In this document: piece after piece, positions 1 through 10,158 of the stretch | Layout: each line of letters opens with the position of its first letter | Position numbering within the stretch: position 1 is the stretch's first letter | Source: Armatimonadota bacterium | GTDB lineage: Bacteria > Armatimonadota > UBA5829 > DTLH01 | NCBI GenBank assembly: GCA_039679675.1 | Contig: JBDKUN010000059.1 | Location: 64,001 to 128,000 of the forward strand | Direction of reading: 5' to 3' | Length of the DNA: 64,000 nucleotides | Made by a program: the position numbers and the translations under genes | The notes under the pieces: model-generated | Database searches by the model: none | What the model was told of the DNA's origin: nothing | Seen by the model: only the letters and a program-made list of their open reading frames with translations

Positions 1-717
1 ACTGCTGCTGGTAACCTTTAAGGCATAGTCGACGCCTTCCTTTTCAGTAGTTCGCCCAAAACTTACGTGGCTATTATTTATTACACTGCCAATAATATCG
101 AATGAACTGTAAGCATTGTTATTCTGAGATCCTTTTGTAAGACAATTCCGCATGGCCTTCTTATTACCGGAATCGGATGCTCGTATAAATGCCCTGACTA
201 CACCTGCGGGGGTATTGTCCTCAGGTTTGTGGCTTTTCATATAAGCAAAGATTCCTCCACCTATGATCGCCAGAGCCAGTATAATAACAGCAATCATTGC
301 TCCCGGTCCGGAGCTTTTCACCGGCTCAGGCCGTATGAACTCTTCGCGTCGGCGATATTGCTGCTGAGGAGGAGGGCCATAAGGTCCGGGTTGTGGTCCA
401 TAAGGACTTGGCGGTTGCGGCCGTTGCCCGCCCAGTGGCTGTCCAACTACTGTTTGCTGATTTGCCTGCGGCGGCTGTCCGGTCGGAGGACCATTAAGCG
501 GACCAGTTAAGGGACCTGTCAATGGGGTAGAGCCGCCCATGGGTTGTTGAGGCTGCACAGGCTGTATCGGTTGAGTTTTTTCAGGACCGGTCAGAGGTTG
601 AGCGTTCAAAGGCCCAGGAGTTACGGTCGGTTGAACATTCGCAAGTGGTGCAAAGCAGTTATAACAAGCCGAACTATCAGGTCTGTTATCAGCACCGCAT
701 TTCGGACACTTCTTCAT
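1..717 (-). CDS. Zinc-ribbon, Pro/Gln-rich, single-TM membrane protein (3' end runs off the window)
   Basis: Absent from the ORF track; read manually from ATG 717: MKKCPKCGADNRPDSSACYNCFAPL (CxxC..CxxC), P/Q/G-rich linker, TM segment AMIAVIILALAIIGGGIFAY; AAGGAG RBS upstream. Confidence 0.85.
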   Translation of the reverse strand, partial: MKKCPKCGADNRPDSSACYNCFAPLANVQPTVTPGPLNAQPLTGPEKTQPIQPVQPQQPMGGSTPLTGPLTGPLNGPPTGQPPQANQQTVVGQPLGGQRPQPPSPYGPQPGPYGPPPQQQYRRREEFIRPEPVKSSGPGAMIAVIILALAIIGGGIFAYMKSHKPEDNTPAGVVRAFIRASDSGNKKAMRNCLTKGSQNNNAYSSFDIIGSVINNSHVSFGRTTEKEGVDYALKVTSSS

Positions 718-802
718 GTCTGAATTCTCCTTAAGTATACATTTGGCGATGCGACGGACCGTAACTACCCGATGCCGTCATATTAAGCAATCATACTATT
801 GA

Positions 803-831
803 ATTATGACCAAATATTAGCAGACAGTCAA
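803..831 (-). promoter_or_regulatory. Sigma70-type promoter of the zinc-ribbon gene
   Basis: TTGACT-17 bp-CATAAT on the minus strand. Confidence 0.6.
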
Positions 832-857
832 GAGGATTTTGTCGGCATTGCATAGAG

Positions 858-886
858 TTGACACCAATAATCTACTGAATTACAAT
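858..886 (+). promoter_or_regulatory. Sigma70-type promoter (divergent)
   Basis: TTGACA-17 bp-TACAAT. Confidence 0.7.
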
Positions 887-962
887 CAATTCAATGATTA
901 GCAATGATCATGAATCGAGTAGTTAGTCTTGTCATTTTAAATGAGTTAAAAGGAGAAATGCC

Positions 963-1925
963 ATGAAACGCAAGATCATTTTCTTAATCATTGCTGTTAT
1001 GCCGTTTGTCTGCAGTATGCCGAATATCGGTTTTTGCGATCAAGACAATCAGATTCCTGATGAGGCAACCCTAATCCGGGCATTTGATATGGGAAGTACA
1101 TTTGCTGTTGTGGAAATGCTCGGAGAGCAGCATCTGGACAATGATGGTAGATATCGGATAAAGCTAAAAGTGAAAAAACTTCTTATTCCTGGGGATTTAT
1201 CGCTGCAGGATGTCAAAGACCCGATAGCCTGTTATAGTGGCATGTGGCATCCAAGGAATTACCCGCCAAAGGACGTTAATGACCCGAAGCCTCCGAAACC
1301 CGAACCGAATGAATTATTCAGCAATCTGATACCTGGCCATACCTATGCGCTGTTTTTCATTCGTGAATTTCAAAACGGGTTCGTCTGGTGTTTTAGGGAT
1401 AATTATTATGAAGTAAGCATAGCTGACCAGCAGGAAATGGCAAAACTCGAATCCTTGGCAGAACAAGCATATAAGTCTTCAACAGTAATAAAATTTCGGA
1501 GTGTTAAGCCGAAGGTAGATCATACGCTGCCAAATCTTGATGATCAACTCATCCAAACCTGTAATCGGTTCAGAGCAAATATCAGTAAAAGGTGCAGTGA
1601 AGGTGAAGCAATAGCAAGATCAGATCTCGGATCACGTGCAACAATGAGATCTCCAGTCTATTCCTATATATCATTTGACCCACCAAAAATTAAGCTCAGC
1701 CGCGGCCAAGTTCTGGGTCTTCTCGGCCAACCAACACAGAAAAACGGTTTTACCTACTCCTGGCACTGTGGTTTAGATCCCATTCCAGATGCCTGGAAAC
1801 TTAGCCCTACATGTGCAACTATCGACAGATCAAAACAGTATTACGGTGCATTGATCATTACATTCGATGCCGATGAAAATACTCATTACGTGGGTTATGC
1901 GATATCTTCAATGGATTCAAAATAG
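963..1925 (+). CDS. Hypothetical exported protein
   Basis: 320 aa ORF, AAGGAG RBS, signal-peptide-like N-terminus; family not recognised. Confidence 0.75.
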   Translation: MKRKIIFLIIAVMPFVCSMPNIGFCDQDNQIPDEATLIRAFDMGSTFAVVEMLGEQHLDNDGRYRIKLKVKKLLIPGDLSLQDVKDPIACYSGMWHPRNYPPKDVNDPKPPKPEPNELFSNLIPGHTYALFFIREFQNGFVWCFRDNYYEVSIADQQEMAKLESLAEQAYKSSTVIKFRSVKPKVDHTLPNLDDQLIQTCNRFRANISKRCSEGEAIARSDLGSRATMRSPVYSYISFDPPKIKLSRGQVLGLLGQPTQKNGFTYSWHCGLDPIPDAWKLSPTCATIDRSKQYYGALIITFDADENTHYVGYAISSMDSK

Positions 1926-1990
1926 ACAACCTGGAATCTGTAGTAGGTAATTGGCCGGGTTTGCACCACCTATTCTCCGCACGCTTGTCC

Positions 1991-2019
1991 TTGACACTGT
2001 TCCTGGTGGATGGTAGGAT
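1991..2019 (+). promoter_or_regulatory. hrcA promoter
   Basis: TTGACA-17 bp-TAGGAT with extended -10 TG. Confidence 0.6.
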
Positions 2020-2067
2020 GAAACTTGGAAAATAGGCTTTTCCGGTAGTAATTCTGCAGGTAACAAG

Positions 2068-3129
2068 ATGAGCGCGCACTCAGAATCATTGGATAATCGA
2101 AAGCGAAAAATACTAAAAGCGGTGGTACATGAGCATGTAGAGACTGCCGAGCCTGTTGCATCGGAGTCTCTGGTACAGCACTATGACTTCGGCGTCAGGT
2201 CCGCAACTATCCGCAACGAAATGGCTGAGATGGCAGACATGGGTTATCTACGTCAGCCGCATACGTCTTCTGGCCGGGTTCCGTCGGACCTGGGCTATAG
2301 GTTCTATGTGGACCAGCTGATGGATGCTCCGCATCTGCCAATGAGCGATGCCGTAAAAGCAAAAGAAAGTCTTGCGTCTGCCGCTGTTGAGTTTGACCGT
2401 GCAATCAGCCAGACCTGCCGTATTCTCACAGGGCTTACGCGCTACACATCCATAGCAACACAGATAGTAGGCAAAGAGACGATTATCCGGCACATCAGCC
2501 TGTCAAGGATCACAGGCCGGAAACTGCTCCTTGTCGTCGTGCTTTCGGATGGTCGCGTTGAACACAGGATCGTCGATCCAGGTATTTCTGTTCAGGATAG
2601 AGATGTAATCCAGGTTTCGAACCTTCTTTCGTCGCATTTCTGCACAGCAAGCATAGGGGCTGTGCTTTCAGCCGATGATATTGACATTCCGCAGCCTGTA
2701 TCGCAATCTGCCGGTACTATCTATTCAAGAGCGAAATATGTGCTCAAGAATTTGGCTGAATCTTTGTCTTTTTCTGATACGAGTGTTCATATCGAAGGAA
2801 CTAACTACATCTTGTCTCAGCCCGAATTTCAGGATGTACTCAGGTTGACATCTATACTTTCAGCGCTCGAAGAGCGGACGCGGCTTTACCAACTTCTTTC
2901 CAGGCTGGTACTTGGGCCCGACGTTACGGTAATTGTGGGCGCTGAGAACCCATACAACGAGATGCAGGATACCAGCTTTGTAGCAGCAAGCTATAAGATC
3001 GGCGACAAGGTTGTCGGCACTATCGGAGTTATAGGCCCGACCAGGATGAACTATCGCCGCGCTGTAGCCGCTGTAGAAGTTATGGCGAGAAACTTGAGCA
3101 ATCTGCTCACCGATTTAAGCTTGAGCTGA
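2068..3129 (+). CDS. hrcA: Heat-inducible transcription repressor HrcA
   Basis: SATIRNEMA, HTSSGRVPSDLGYRFYVD and IGVIGPTRMNY motifs. Confidence 0.97.
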   Translation: MSAHSESLDNRKRKILKAVVHEHVETAEPVASESLVQHYDFGVRSATIRNEMAEMADMGYLRQPHTSSGRVPSDLGYRFYVDQLMDAPHLPMSDAVKAKESLASAAVEFDRAISQTCRILTGLTRYTSIATQIVGKETIIRHISLSRITGRKLLLVVVLSDGRVEHRIVDPGISVQDRDVIQVSNLLSSHFCTASIGAVLSADDIDIPQPVSQSAGTIYSRAKYVLKNLAESLSFSDTSVHIEGTNYILSQPEFQDVLRLTSILSALEERTRLYQLLSRLVLGPDVTVIVGAENPYNEMQDTSFVAASYKIGDKVVGTIGVIGPTRMNYRRAVAAVEVMARNLSNLLTDLSLS

Positions 3130-3162
3130 TTCGCCAGTTAATATAGTATTCTGAGTATTTTT

Positions 3163-3196
3163 CATGCTTCGGGACCGCAGTTCGCCCCGAAGCACG
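3163..3196. repeat. Palindromic repeat family A, copy 1
   Basis: CATGCTTCGGGACCGCAGTTCGCCCCGAAGCACG; related copies at 7687, 16123, 53931. Confidence 0.8.
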
Positions 3197-3269
3197 CATT
3201 CCACCATTTTTTGAAACTCTGAGTTGTTGGGTGCTGTTTACCGGCATCCATATTTTTATGAGAGGTACA

Positions 3270-4844
3270 ATGACGGATAACGTAAAGCAGGTCAGTAAAG
3301 GTGCGGAAGTCGATGAGCGTCTCGCCGCGCTTCTCGCAAACGCAGGAGCGATAAGGACTGTCGCTTCCGCTGTCGAAGGGACTATCGGCCCGAAAGGGCT
3401 GAACTGCATGCTCGTTGACAGGTTCGGCGATGTCATTATCACCAACGACGGAAGCGCAATTCTCGATAAGATAGATGTGACTCATCCGGCTTCCAGGATG
3501 CTCATCAACACGGCAAAAGCACAGGATGATGAGGTCGGAGACGGCACTACCACCGCTACATTGCTCGCGAGCGCGCTTGTGACAGAAGGCGCGAACCATG
3601 TGGCCCGCGGCGTGCCTGTGACTAAGGTTATCGACGGGCTGCAGCTTGGGGTCGCTTCTGCGCTTTCATTTATCAAGAACCAGGCGAAGCAGGTCGAAGG
3701 GTTCGACGACAAATGGCTCATCAAGACCGCACAGGTCTCTGCAAGAGGGCAAGAAGACCTGGCGGAGCTTGCCGTGAATGCAGCGAAACTCGTCGGGCGG
3801 GATAAGCTTGCTGAACCTGCATTCAAACTCTCGGATACTGTCGTGGCAAAAGAAGGTGCAGAAAACGAAGTCTTTTCCGGGCTCGTCATCGACAAGGAAC
3901 GAATTTCCAGGCAGATGCCGCTCTCCGTTGACGACGTAAAAGTCCTTGTAGTCGATGATGCCATAGAGCCGGAAAAAATAGAGGAAGACGCGCTTGCCAC
4001 TGAAGCAGGATTCTCCCGATATATGGCTCTCCAGGCTGAGTTTCATGCGAACCTGAAGAAAATAATTGAGCTCGGAGTTCGGTTTGTCGTGGCTGCGAAG
4101 TCTATTGATGACACAGCAGAGGAGATATTTACGGATGCCGGAATACTTGCGGTCAGACGGTTGTCGTCCAGAGATATAACCCGGCTTATAGACCACACCG
4201 GAGCACGCCCGATTAAGCGGTCAGGACTTAAAAAGGATGCTGCGGAGCTTGAAAAGTTTCTCGGCAAATGCGAGCGGGTATACGAAGATGAGCACCTGGG
4301 GCATATCCGTGTAATCGGAGGCGCGGGAAAGCCCGCAGCGACGATTCTGGTCGGCGCATCGACACAGGAAGTCAAGGAAGAGCGCGACAGGATCGCAAGA
4401 GACGCAGCTTCGGCGGTCCAGGCTGCAATACTCAGCGGTGTAGTTCCCGGCGGCGGCTCAATTGAGCTTGCAGCTGCCCGTAAAGTCGGTGAACTCCGTC
4501 AGGAAGTCCGTGGGATGGCCGCCTACGGAGTAGATTGCGTCGCTGAAGCCCTGAAACGGCCGCTTATGCAGATCGTGGCGAATGCGGGGTTCAATCCACT
4601 TGAAAAAGTGGAAGATGCTATCGCTGCTCAGTTAAAAGATAATAAATCGTCGCTTGCCGTTAACTGCGATACGGGTGAGATCGTCGATATGTTCGAACTC
4701 GGCGTCGTAGACCCTGCCAGAGTCAAAATTCATGCACTCAAGGCAGCGGGTGAAGTCGCGGAAGCGGTGCTGAGAATAAATATAATCATCAGAAAACGCG
4801 AGGACGGCACCGGGCAGAAACCCGATAGCCGTATGTCGGTGTGA
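3270..4844 (+). CDS. Thermosome-like chaperonin (TCP-1/cpn60 family, bacterial group III-type)
   Basis: GTIGPKG, ITNDG, AQDDEVGDGTTT, VPGGG, GVVDP motifs; no GGM tail, no groES; between hrcA and grpE; ATG 3270 chosen from GAGG RBS. Confidence 0.9.
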   Translation: MTDNVKQVSKGAEVDERLAALLANAGAIRTVASAVEGTIGPKGLNCMLVDRFGDVIITNDGSAILDKIDVTHPASRMLINTAKAQDDEVGDGTTTATLLASALVTEGANHVARGVPVTKVIDGLQLGVASALSFIKNQAKQVEGFDDKWLIKTAQVSARGQEDLAELAVNAAKLVGRDKLAEPAFKLSDTVVAKEGAENEVFSGLVIDKERISRQMPLSVDDVKVLVVDDAIEPEKIEEDALATEAGFSRYMALQAEFHANLKKIIELGVRFVVAAKSIDDTAEEIFTDAGILAVRRLSSRDITRLIDHTGARPIKRSGLKKDAAELEKFLGKCERVYEDEHLGHIRVIGGAGKPAATILVGASTQEVKEERDRIARDAASAVQAAILSGVVPGGGSIELAAARKVGELRQEVRGMAAYGVDCVAEALKRPLMQIVANAGFNPLEKVEDAIAAQLKDNKSSLAVNCDTGEIVDMFELGVVDPARVKIHALKAAGEVAEAVLRINIIIRKREDGTGQKPDSRMSV

Positions 4845-4852
4845 GGATAAAT

Positions 4853-5449
4853 ATGCGCAGGCAAAAAGATTACGACCAAAAAGAAGTCGAGATAGAAGTT
4901 GAAGAAACAGGCGGAGATGAAAGCCTTGAGCCGGAGGCTGAGGCGCTTGCGCCGTCTGTCGATGAGCTCCAGAATGAGATAGAACGTCTTAGAGCCGAGC
5001 TTAAAGAAGAGAAAAAGCGCGCGGACGAGGAACATGACCGTCACCTGAGGTCGCTCGCCGACTTCAGCAACTATAAAAGGCGGCATACAGAAGAGTACAA
5101 ACAGGCGATTCTGTGTGCGTCGCAGGAGTTGATACTAAAGATCCTTCCTGTCATCGACAACTTCCAGCGTGCGCTCGAAGCAGCTGAAAAAACGCAGAGC
5201 TTCGATGGTCTTTTGGAAGGTGTCCGCTTGACTCTCAAGCAGTTGGGAGATATTCTCGAACGAGAAGGAATCCAGCAGATCAAAGCCGCCGGTGAACAGT
5301 TTGATCCCACATATCATGAGGCTGTCATGCGGGTCGAGACTGACGAATACCCTGAAAATACAGTCATCGATGAGTTTCAACCAGGCTACACTCAACACGA
5401 CAAGGTAATTCGACCCGCAAAGGTGAGAGTGGCTGTTTTACCGGAGTAA
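4853..5449 (+). CDS. grpE: Nucleotide exchange factor GrpE
   Basis: ADFSNYKRR, LPVIDNF, FDPTYHEAV, GY..VIRPAKVRV. Confidence 0.96.
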   Translation: MRRQKDYDQKEVEIEVEETGGDESLEPEAEALAPSVDELQNEIERLRAELKEEKKRADEEHDRHLRSLADFSNYKRRHTEEYKQAILCASQELILKILPVIDNFQRALEAAEKTQSFDGLLEGVRLTLKQLGDILEREGIQQIKAAGEQFDPTYHEAVMRVETDEYPENTVIDEFQPGYTQHDKVIRPAKVRVAVLPE

Positions 5450-5486
5450 GACAGGTGCTTTAGTATTAGAAGGTCCAGATTAATCA

Positions 5487-5520
5487 GGGGGAATGGTAAT
5501 TTTTTACCATTCCCCCCTAT
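5487..5520. terminator. Hairpin between convergent genes (probable terminator)
   Basis: GGGGAATGGTAA..TTACCATTCCCC inverted repeat. Confidence 0.65.
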
Positions 5521-5823
5521 TTATTGATGTTTTGGCCTGATCCCCACATACGAAAGCAAAGTCCGGCCGTTATAGAAAATGTGTATTAATCCAAAGACCA
5601 AAATAAGGACCCCAGCCAATTTATGCAGCCCCTCCGGGAAAAATCCGCTCCTACCGTGTGATGTTGGTGCAGGTGCAGCAGCCTGACCGGCATTTACAGC
5701 AGAAGCTACCGCCGGCCTGCCTCTATGTCTTTCTTGTCCTTCGTGCCCAGACATCATAGACACCACTGTTACGAACATCGCGATAAAGCTGATCGCAAGA
5801 ATTACCGATGTTACTTTTCTCAT
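5521..5823 (-). CDS. Small 2-TM membrane protein (DUF4405-like)
   Basis: Two hydrophobic helices; LHKLAG..IHIFYN His pair. Confidence 0.7.
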   Translation of the reverse strand: MRKVTSVILAISFIAMFVTVVSMMSGHEGQERHRGRPAVASAVNAGQAAAPAPTSHGRSGFFPEGLHKLAGVLILVFGLIHIFYNGRTLLSYVGIRPKHQ

Positions 5824-6091
5824 AGCATTCGTTTTTCCTTGTCACAAGATTAATAAGGACTTGATGAAAGTCCCTCGACAGTTACGCATCCCCCAACCTA
5901 TCGCCATTACCCAATTATACAGGTTTTCTTGTACATCTGTAATAAAAAGCACATCCATATTTCCTGCTATTGCCTGTTACGCTAAAGAATATATGAGTAT
6001 ACTCCTATAATTAAGTCGTCATACAAATGCTTTTCACTATATTGTGAACATTTATCATCTATATTTAATCTTACTTGACCTGGAGTCAGTC

Positions 6092-7657
6092 ATGATGCAA
6101 AAGATCATTCGCAATGAGGCTTACATCGATACAATCCTAAACTCTATTCAGACTGCTGTCATTACCATAGATGCAGAGACTCACAGAATCGTTGATGTCA
6201 ATCCTGCCGCCGTAGAGATGATTCAGACTCCTATAGAATCTATAATTGGGTCCGAATGTCATAAATTCATCTGTCCGGCAGAAAAAGGCAAGTGCCCGGT
6301 AACAGATTTGGGACATACTATAGACCGCTTATCAGAGCGCGTCTGTCTGAAGTCCGACGGGACCCAAATTCCCATCCTGAAAACAGTTGTGCCCGTCGTA
6401 ATGGATGGACACAAATATCTGATCGAGAACTTTATAGACATTTCAGAGCAAAAAGAGGCTGAAAATAAGATGCGGCTCGCCAAGGAAGCAGCTGAAGCCG
6501 CTAATAAGGCCAAAAGCGAGTTCCTCGCTAACATGAGCCATGAAATCCGCACCCCCATGAACGCTATCATCGGTATGACTTACCTGGCCTTGGGTACTGA
6601 ACTTAACGATGAACAGCGTGAGTATCTCGAAGATGTACGAATATCGGCAGATTCGCTTCTGTCTCTATTGAATGACATCCTAGACTTTTCTAAGATCGAA
6701 GCCATGAAGATCGAGATAAACCCAACTGAGTTCTCTCTCTGCGATACGCTTAAGAATATCATCTCTAATCTTACTGTAAAGGCTCATGAGAAGGGTCTGG
6801 AATTGTCGTGCAGGATTTCTCCCGATGTGCCGAACCATATTATTGGAGACTCTCTGCGTCTCAGGCAAGTTCTAGTAAACTTTATTGATAACGGCATCAA
6901 ATTCACCGAACACGGCAAAGTAAATATAGATGTAGAAATCGAATCCACATCCAGTGATGAGATAATTCTTCATTTCGCGGTATCAGACGACGGTATCGGA
7001 ATATCTCCTGATAAACATAACCGAATATTCCTTGCATTCGAACAGGCTGACAGCTCCACAACGAGAAAATACGGCGGTACAGGGCTTGGCCTTGCCATAG
7101 CATCCAATTTGATACGGATGATGGGCGGACGTGTATGGCTGGAAAGCACTCCCGGAAGCGGCTCCACATTCCATTTCACATCCATATTCAAATTGCCGTA
7201 TGATAATCCACAAGCTGCAAAGCCTGCCGTCAGTATAAATAATGCTGCACCCATTCCCAATCGCAGTCTTCGAATCCTTTTAGCTGAAGACAACATAATT
7301 AATCAAAGGCTTGCTAAGGGCCTACTGGAAAAACGCGGCCATTCAGTAACTATTGCAGGGAACGGACAGGAAGCGCTTATCCTTTTAGGCAGCGGAGAGT
7401 TTGACCTGGTCCTTATGGATGTTCAGATGCCGGTAATGGATGGGTTTGAAGCAACCGCGCACATTCGCTCCAGTGAAAAAGACACCGGCAAACATATGCC
7501 TATAGTTGCAATGACTGCCAATGCGATGAAAGGTGACAAGGAACGTTGTCTGGAAGCCGGTATGGATGCCTATACCTCAAAGCCTATTGAAGCAGCTGAG
7601 CTGATAAAAACAATAGAAGATATGACTACAACTGATACTAATTGTGCGGCTGCGTAG
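6092..7657 (+). CDS. PAS-domain hybrid sensor histidine kinase/response regulator
   Basis: PAS; H-box [15 protein letters not shown] boxes DDGIGI and [10 protein letters not shown]; receiver [11 protein letters not shown]. Confidence 0.95.
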   Translation: MMQKIIRNEAYIDTILNSIQTAVITIDAETHRIVDVNPAAVEMIQTPIESIIGSECHKFICPAEKGKCPVTDLGHTIDRLSERVCLKSDGTQIPILKTVVPVVMDGHKYLIENFIDISEQKEAENKMRLAKEAAEAANKAKSEFLANMSHEIRTPMNAIIGMTYLALGTELNDEQREYLEDVRISADSLLSLLNDILDFSKIEAMKIEINPTEFSLCDTLKNIISNLTVKAHEKGLELSCRISPDVPNHIIGDSLRLRQVLVNFIDNGIKFTEHGKVNIDVEIESTSSDEIILHFAVSDDGIGISPDKHNRIFLAFEQADSSTTRKYGGTGLGLAIASNLIRMMGGRVWLESTPGSGSTFHFTSIFKLPYDNPQAAKPAVSINNAAPIPNRSLRILLAEDNIINQRLAKGLLEKRGHSVTIAGNGQEALILLGSGEFDLVLMDVQMPVMDGFEATAHIRSSEKDTGKHMPIVAMTANAMKGDKERCLEAGMDAYTSKPIEAAELIKTIEDMTTTDTNCAAA

Positions 7658-7686
7658 TTTCGAATATTTGGGGAATAGAGAAACTA

Positions 7687-7720
7687 CATGCTTCGGGACG
7701 GTAATTCGTCCCGAAGCATG
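7687..7720. repeat. Palindromic repeat family A, copy 2
   Basis: CATGCTTCGGGACG-GTAATT-CGTCCCGAAGCATG, perfect 14-bp stem between convergent genes. Confidence 0.85.
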
Positions 7721-7732
7721 AATTATTTATTC

Positions 7733-8512
7733 TTATTCGGATGGCTGCGGTACTTGTATTATTTTGATAACCTCAGGATCCATAAAGTCTATTCCTGCTG
7801 CCAATGTACTAAGAGCATCGCTCGGAAGGCTGACTGCCAACTGCGGATTATGTGGACCACGCAAATACAATGTCTTTTCTTTTGCATCATAGCTCGATAC
7901 GGACAGGCTGCGGGTTCCCCCGTCGAAGAGTTGAGCATACTTCGTGAGCGTTTCCTCATTTGGCTCGACTAATGTTACTACACAGGGCCGCTTCGGATGC
8001 CCGTTCTGGTTGAAATCTTTGATCAGCCTTGTTATCCCATCCGCAAGCGCTTTACCATTTTCCTGCTGATTATCGTAAATCACCCAGTTGCCGGTACCGA
8101 CGTACTGCCGGAAATCCGCTTTTCCATAGCTGAGTTTAGCTGTGACTGGATCATAACCTCCGCTCCGCTTGCTGACTGCAAGAGAGAAGATATTTATCAG
8201 ATTATCCGGTTTCCCAAAGGAAAATCCGTTAGCTATTGATTTGTTCATCTCCGGTTTTGCTACGAATGTCTGCCGGCCGCCTAGCATTACTGCCCAACCA
8301 CCAGCTCTTGGCGTGATCGCAGCTTTGAACGCTGCCGGATCGGTCTCGGCAAATGCCAGCGTATGCGAATATATAGCTTCAATATCCGATTTAGCCTGTT
8401 TGAAACTGCCGGTCATTGCATTGAAGTCCGGTTTCTGGGCAACAACTGAAGCACTCAACAAAAGAACCACAAAAAGCAATCCAATTCCGATACAGATAGT
8501 TTTAAGTCTCAA
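7733..8512 (-). CDS. Hypothetical exported protein
   Basis: Long ORF; likely TTG start at 8512 after GGAGG, then a signal peptide. Confidence 0.7.
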   Translation of the reverse strand: MRLKTICIGIGLLFVVLLLSASVVAQKPDFNAMTGSFKQAKSDIEAIYSHTLAFAETDPAAFKAAITPRAGGWAVMLGGRQTFVAKPEMNKSIANGFSFGKPDNLINIFSLAVSKRSGGYDPVTAKLSYGKADFRQYVGTGNWVIYDNQQENGKALADGITRLIKDFNQNGHPKRPCVVTLVEPNEETLTKYAQLFDGGTRSLSVSSYDAKEKTLYLRGPHNPQLAVSLPSDALSTLAAGIDFMDPEVIKIIQVPQPSE

Positions 8513-8686
8513 AAGATAACCTCCGTCCGCCGGAAAGCCCGGATAATAACTATATTTATATGACTCAGCTTTACTCGCATTATTGCTCATGCTGCAAATT
8601 CTTGACTCTGATACCTATCTGAAGGGATAATCTTTAAAAGATACACGATATGAATTATCCAACTTTACAGAAAAGGGATTTCACCT

Positions 8687-9796
8687 ATGTTCACCCATAA
8701 GCTGACTGACGATGCCGAACTGAGACTGATTGAACCGAGAAATGCTGAGGAATTGTTCTTACAGATAGACCGGAACCGTGAGCGTCTCAGCCAGTGGATG
8801 ACCTTCGTCGACAAGGCAGGATCTGTAGATGCAGAACGAGTTTTCGCCAAAAGAGGATTGCATCAATTTGCAGACGGTGAAGGCTTCCACTGCGATATTA
8901 TGCTTAAAGGGAAGATTGTGGGCGGCATCGGAATGATGCCAGTGAACGTTTGGAATCGTTCGACTGAGCTTGGTTACTGGCTGGATGCTGATGCGGAAGG
9001 GAAAGGGCTTGTCACAGCATCCTGCAGGGCTCTTCTGGACCACTGCTTCAACGAGATGAATATAAATCGTGTTACACTCAGAACAGCCTCAGGAAACACT
9101 CGCAGCCAGGCAGTTGCGAAACGCCTTGGCGCCGTTCATGAGTCAACACAACGGCAATCAGCAATACTTCAGAACAAATTGGTTGACATAGAAGTCTTTT
9201 CCATACTCAAGAACGAATGGCCTGCAGGTTCTCCTACAGGTCGCGCATTCTTCACGTATAGACTGGACGATAAAACGGAATTAGGGCTCCTTGAACCGAT
9301 CCATTCGAAGGCTGTTTTCGATCTTGTTGACCGCAATCGTGAACACTTGCGCCGCTGGTTTTCTTGGGTGGACGAAACGCAATCAGAAGACGACGCGCTG
9401 GCTACCCGCAAGAAGCAGCTTCATAATTTTGCTAAAAATGGCTCGATGGCAGCAGGTATCTGGCACTTTGGGAGTCTCGCGGGGCTCATCGGGTTTCATA
9501 CCCACAATGCCAAATGTATGGAGATCGGCTACTGGCTTAGTGAAGAGCACCAAGGCAAGGGGCTTGCCATCTCATCATGCAAGCAACTGATCCGTTATGC
9601 ATTCGAAGACCTTCATATAAACCGCATCGAGATACGCGCTGAGCCGGGTAATTCCCGCAGTTGGGCCATACCAAGACGGCTTGGATTCACCTATGAGGGA
9701 ACACTCAGGCAGGCAAGCGTAAGTTCTGATGGAAGCATGGCTGACATGATGGTGTTCTCACTGCTCAAGGATGAATGGGATACCCGACTCGATTAA
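8687..9796 (+). CDS. Tandem two-domain RimJ/RimL-family GNAT N-acetyltransferase
   Basis: Two repeats of E(L/I)GYWL..GKGL..INR(V/I)..N.RS...RLG. Confidence 0.9.
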   Translation: MFTHKLTDDAELRLIEPRNAEELFLQIDRNRERLSQWMTFVDKAGSVDAERVFAKRGLHQFADGEGFHCDIMLKGKIVGGIGMMPVNVWNRSTELGYWLDADAEGKGLVTASCRALLDHCFNEMNINRVTLRTASGNTRSQAVAKRLGAVHESTQRQSAILQNKLVDIEVFSILKNEWPAGSPTGRAFFTYRLDDKTELGLLEPIHSKAVFDLVDRNREHLRRWFSWVDETQSEDDALATRKKQLHNFAKNGSMAAGIWHFGSLAGLIGFHTHNAKCMEIGYWLSEEHQGKGLAISSCKQLIRYAFEDLHINRIEIRAEPGNSRSWAIPRRLGFTYEGTLRQASVSSDGSMADMMVFSLLKDEWDTRLD

Positions 9797-9831
9797 TGCG
9801 GGATTTGTTAATAAAAACGAGCAGGCAGCGG

Positions 9832-9860
9832 TTGACTCAGTATAGCTGGTATGCTATACT
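9832..9860 (+). promoter_or_regulatory. tRNA-Gln promoter
   Basis: TTGACT-17 bp-TATACT. Confidence 0.75.
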
Positions 9861-9876
9861 ATGTCGTTACACGCGT

Positions 9877-9952
9877 TGCGGGGTAGTTTAGTTGGCAGAA
9901 CGCCTGACTCTGGATCAGGAGGTCCTAGGTTCGAGTCCTAGCCCCGCAGCCA
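9877..9952 (+). tRNA. tRNA-Gln (CTG)
   Basis: Acceptor TGCGGGG/CCCCGCA, anticodon arm CCTGA-CTCTGGA-TCAGG, GGTTCGAGTCC T-arm, encoded CCA. Confidence 0.96.
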
Positions 9953-10158
9953 ACAATTTTATATACGCTTTACTGACTTTCTAGCACAATCAACTCCGTC
10001 ACTCCATTTACCCATTGTCCTCTCTATTAATCCATTAACAAAGGATTATTCTATAATAATGCAAAAGTAGTTAATAATTCGCTATTATCAGCAATGCAAT
10101 AGGCACAACCAGGACTTAACGAGACCTTTATTGTCCATAGTGCACTGTAATCGGAGGC

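Noticed and set aside
229..510. 93-aa + strand ORF
   Set aside because: Antisense shadow of the real minus-strand gene starting at 717.
6042..6059. Rex-like half site TTGTGAA upstream of the hybrid kinase
   Set aside because: The right half does not match TTCACAA.
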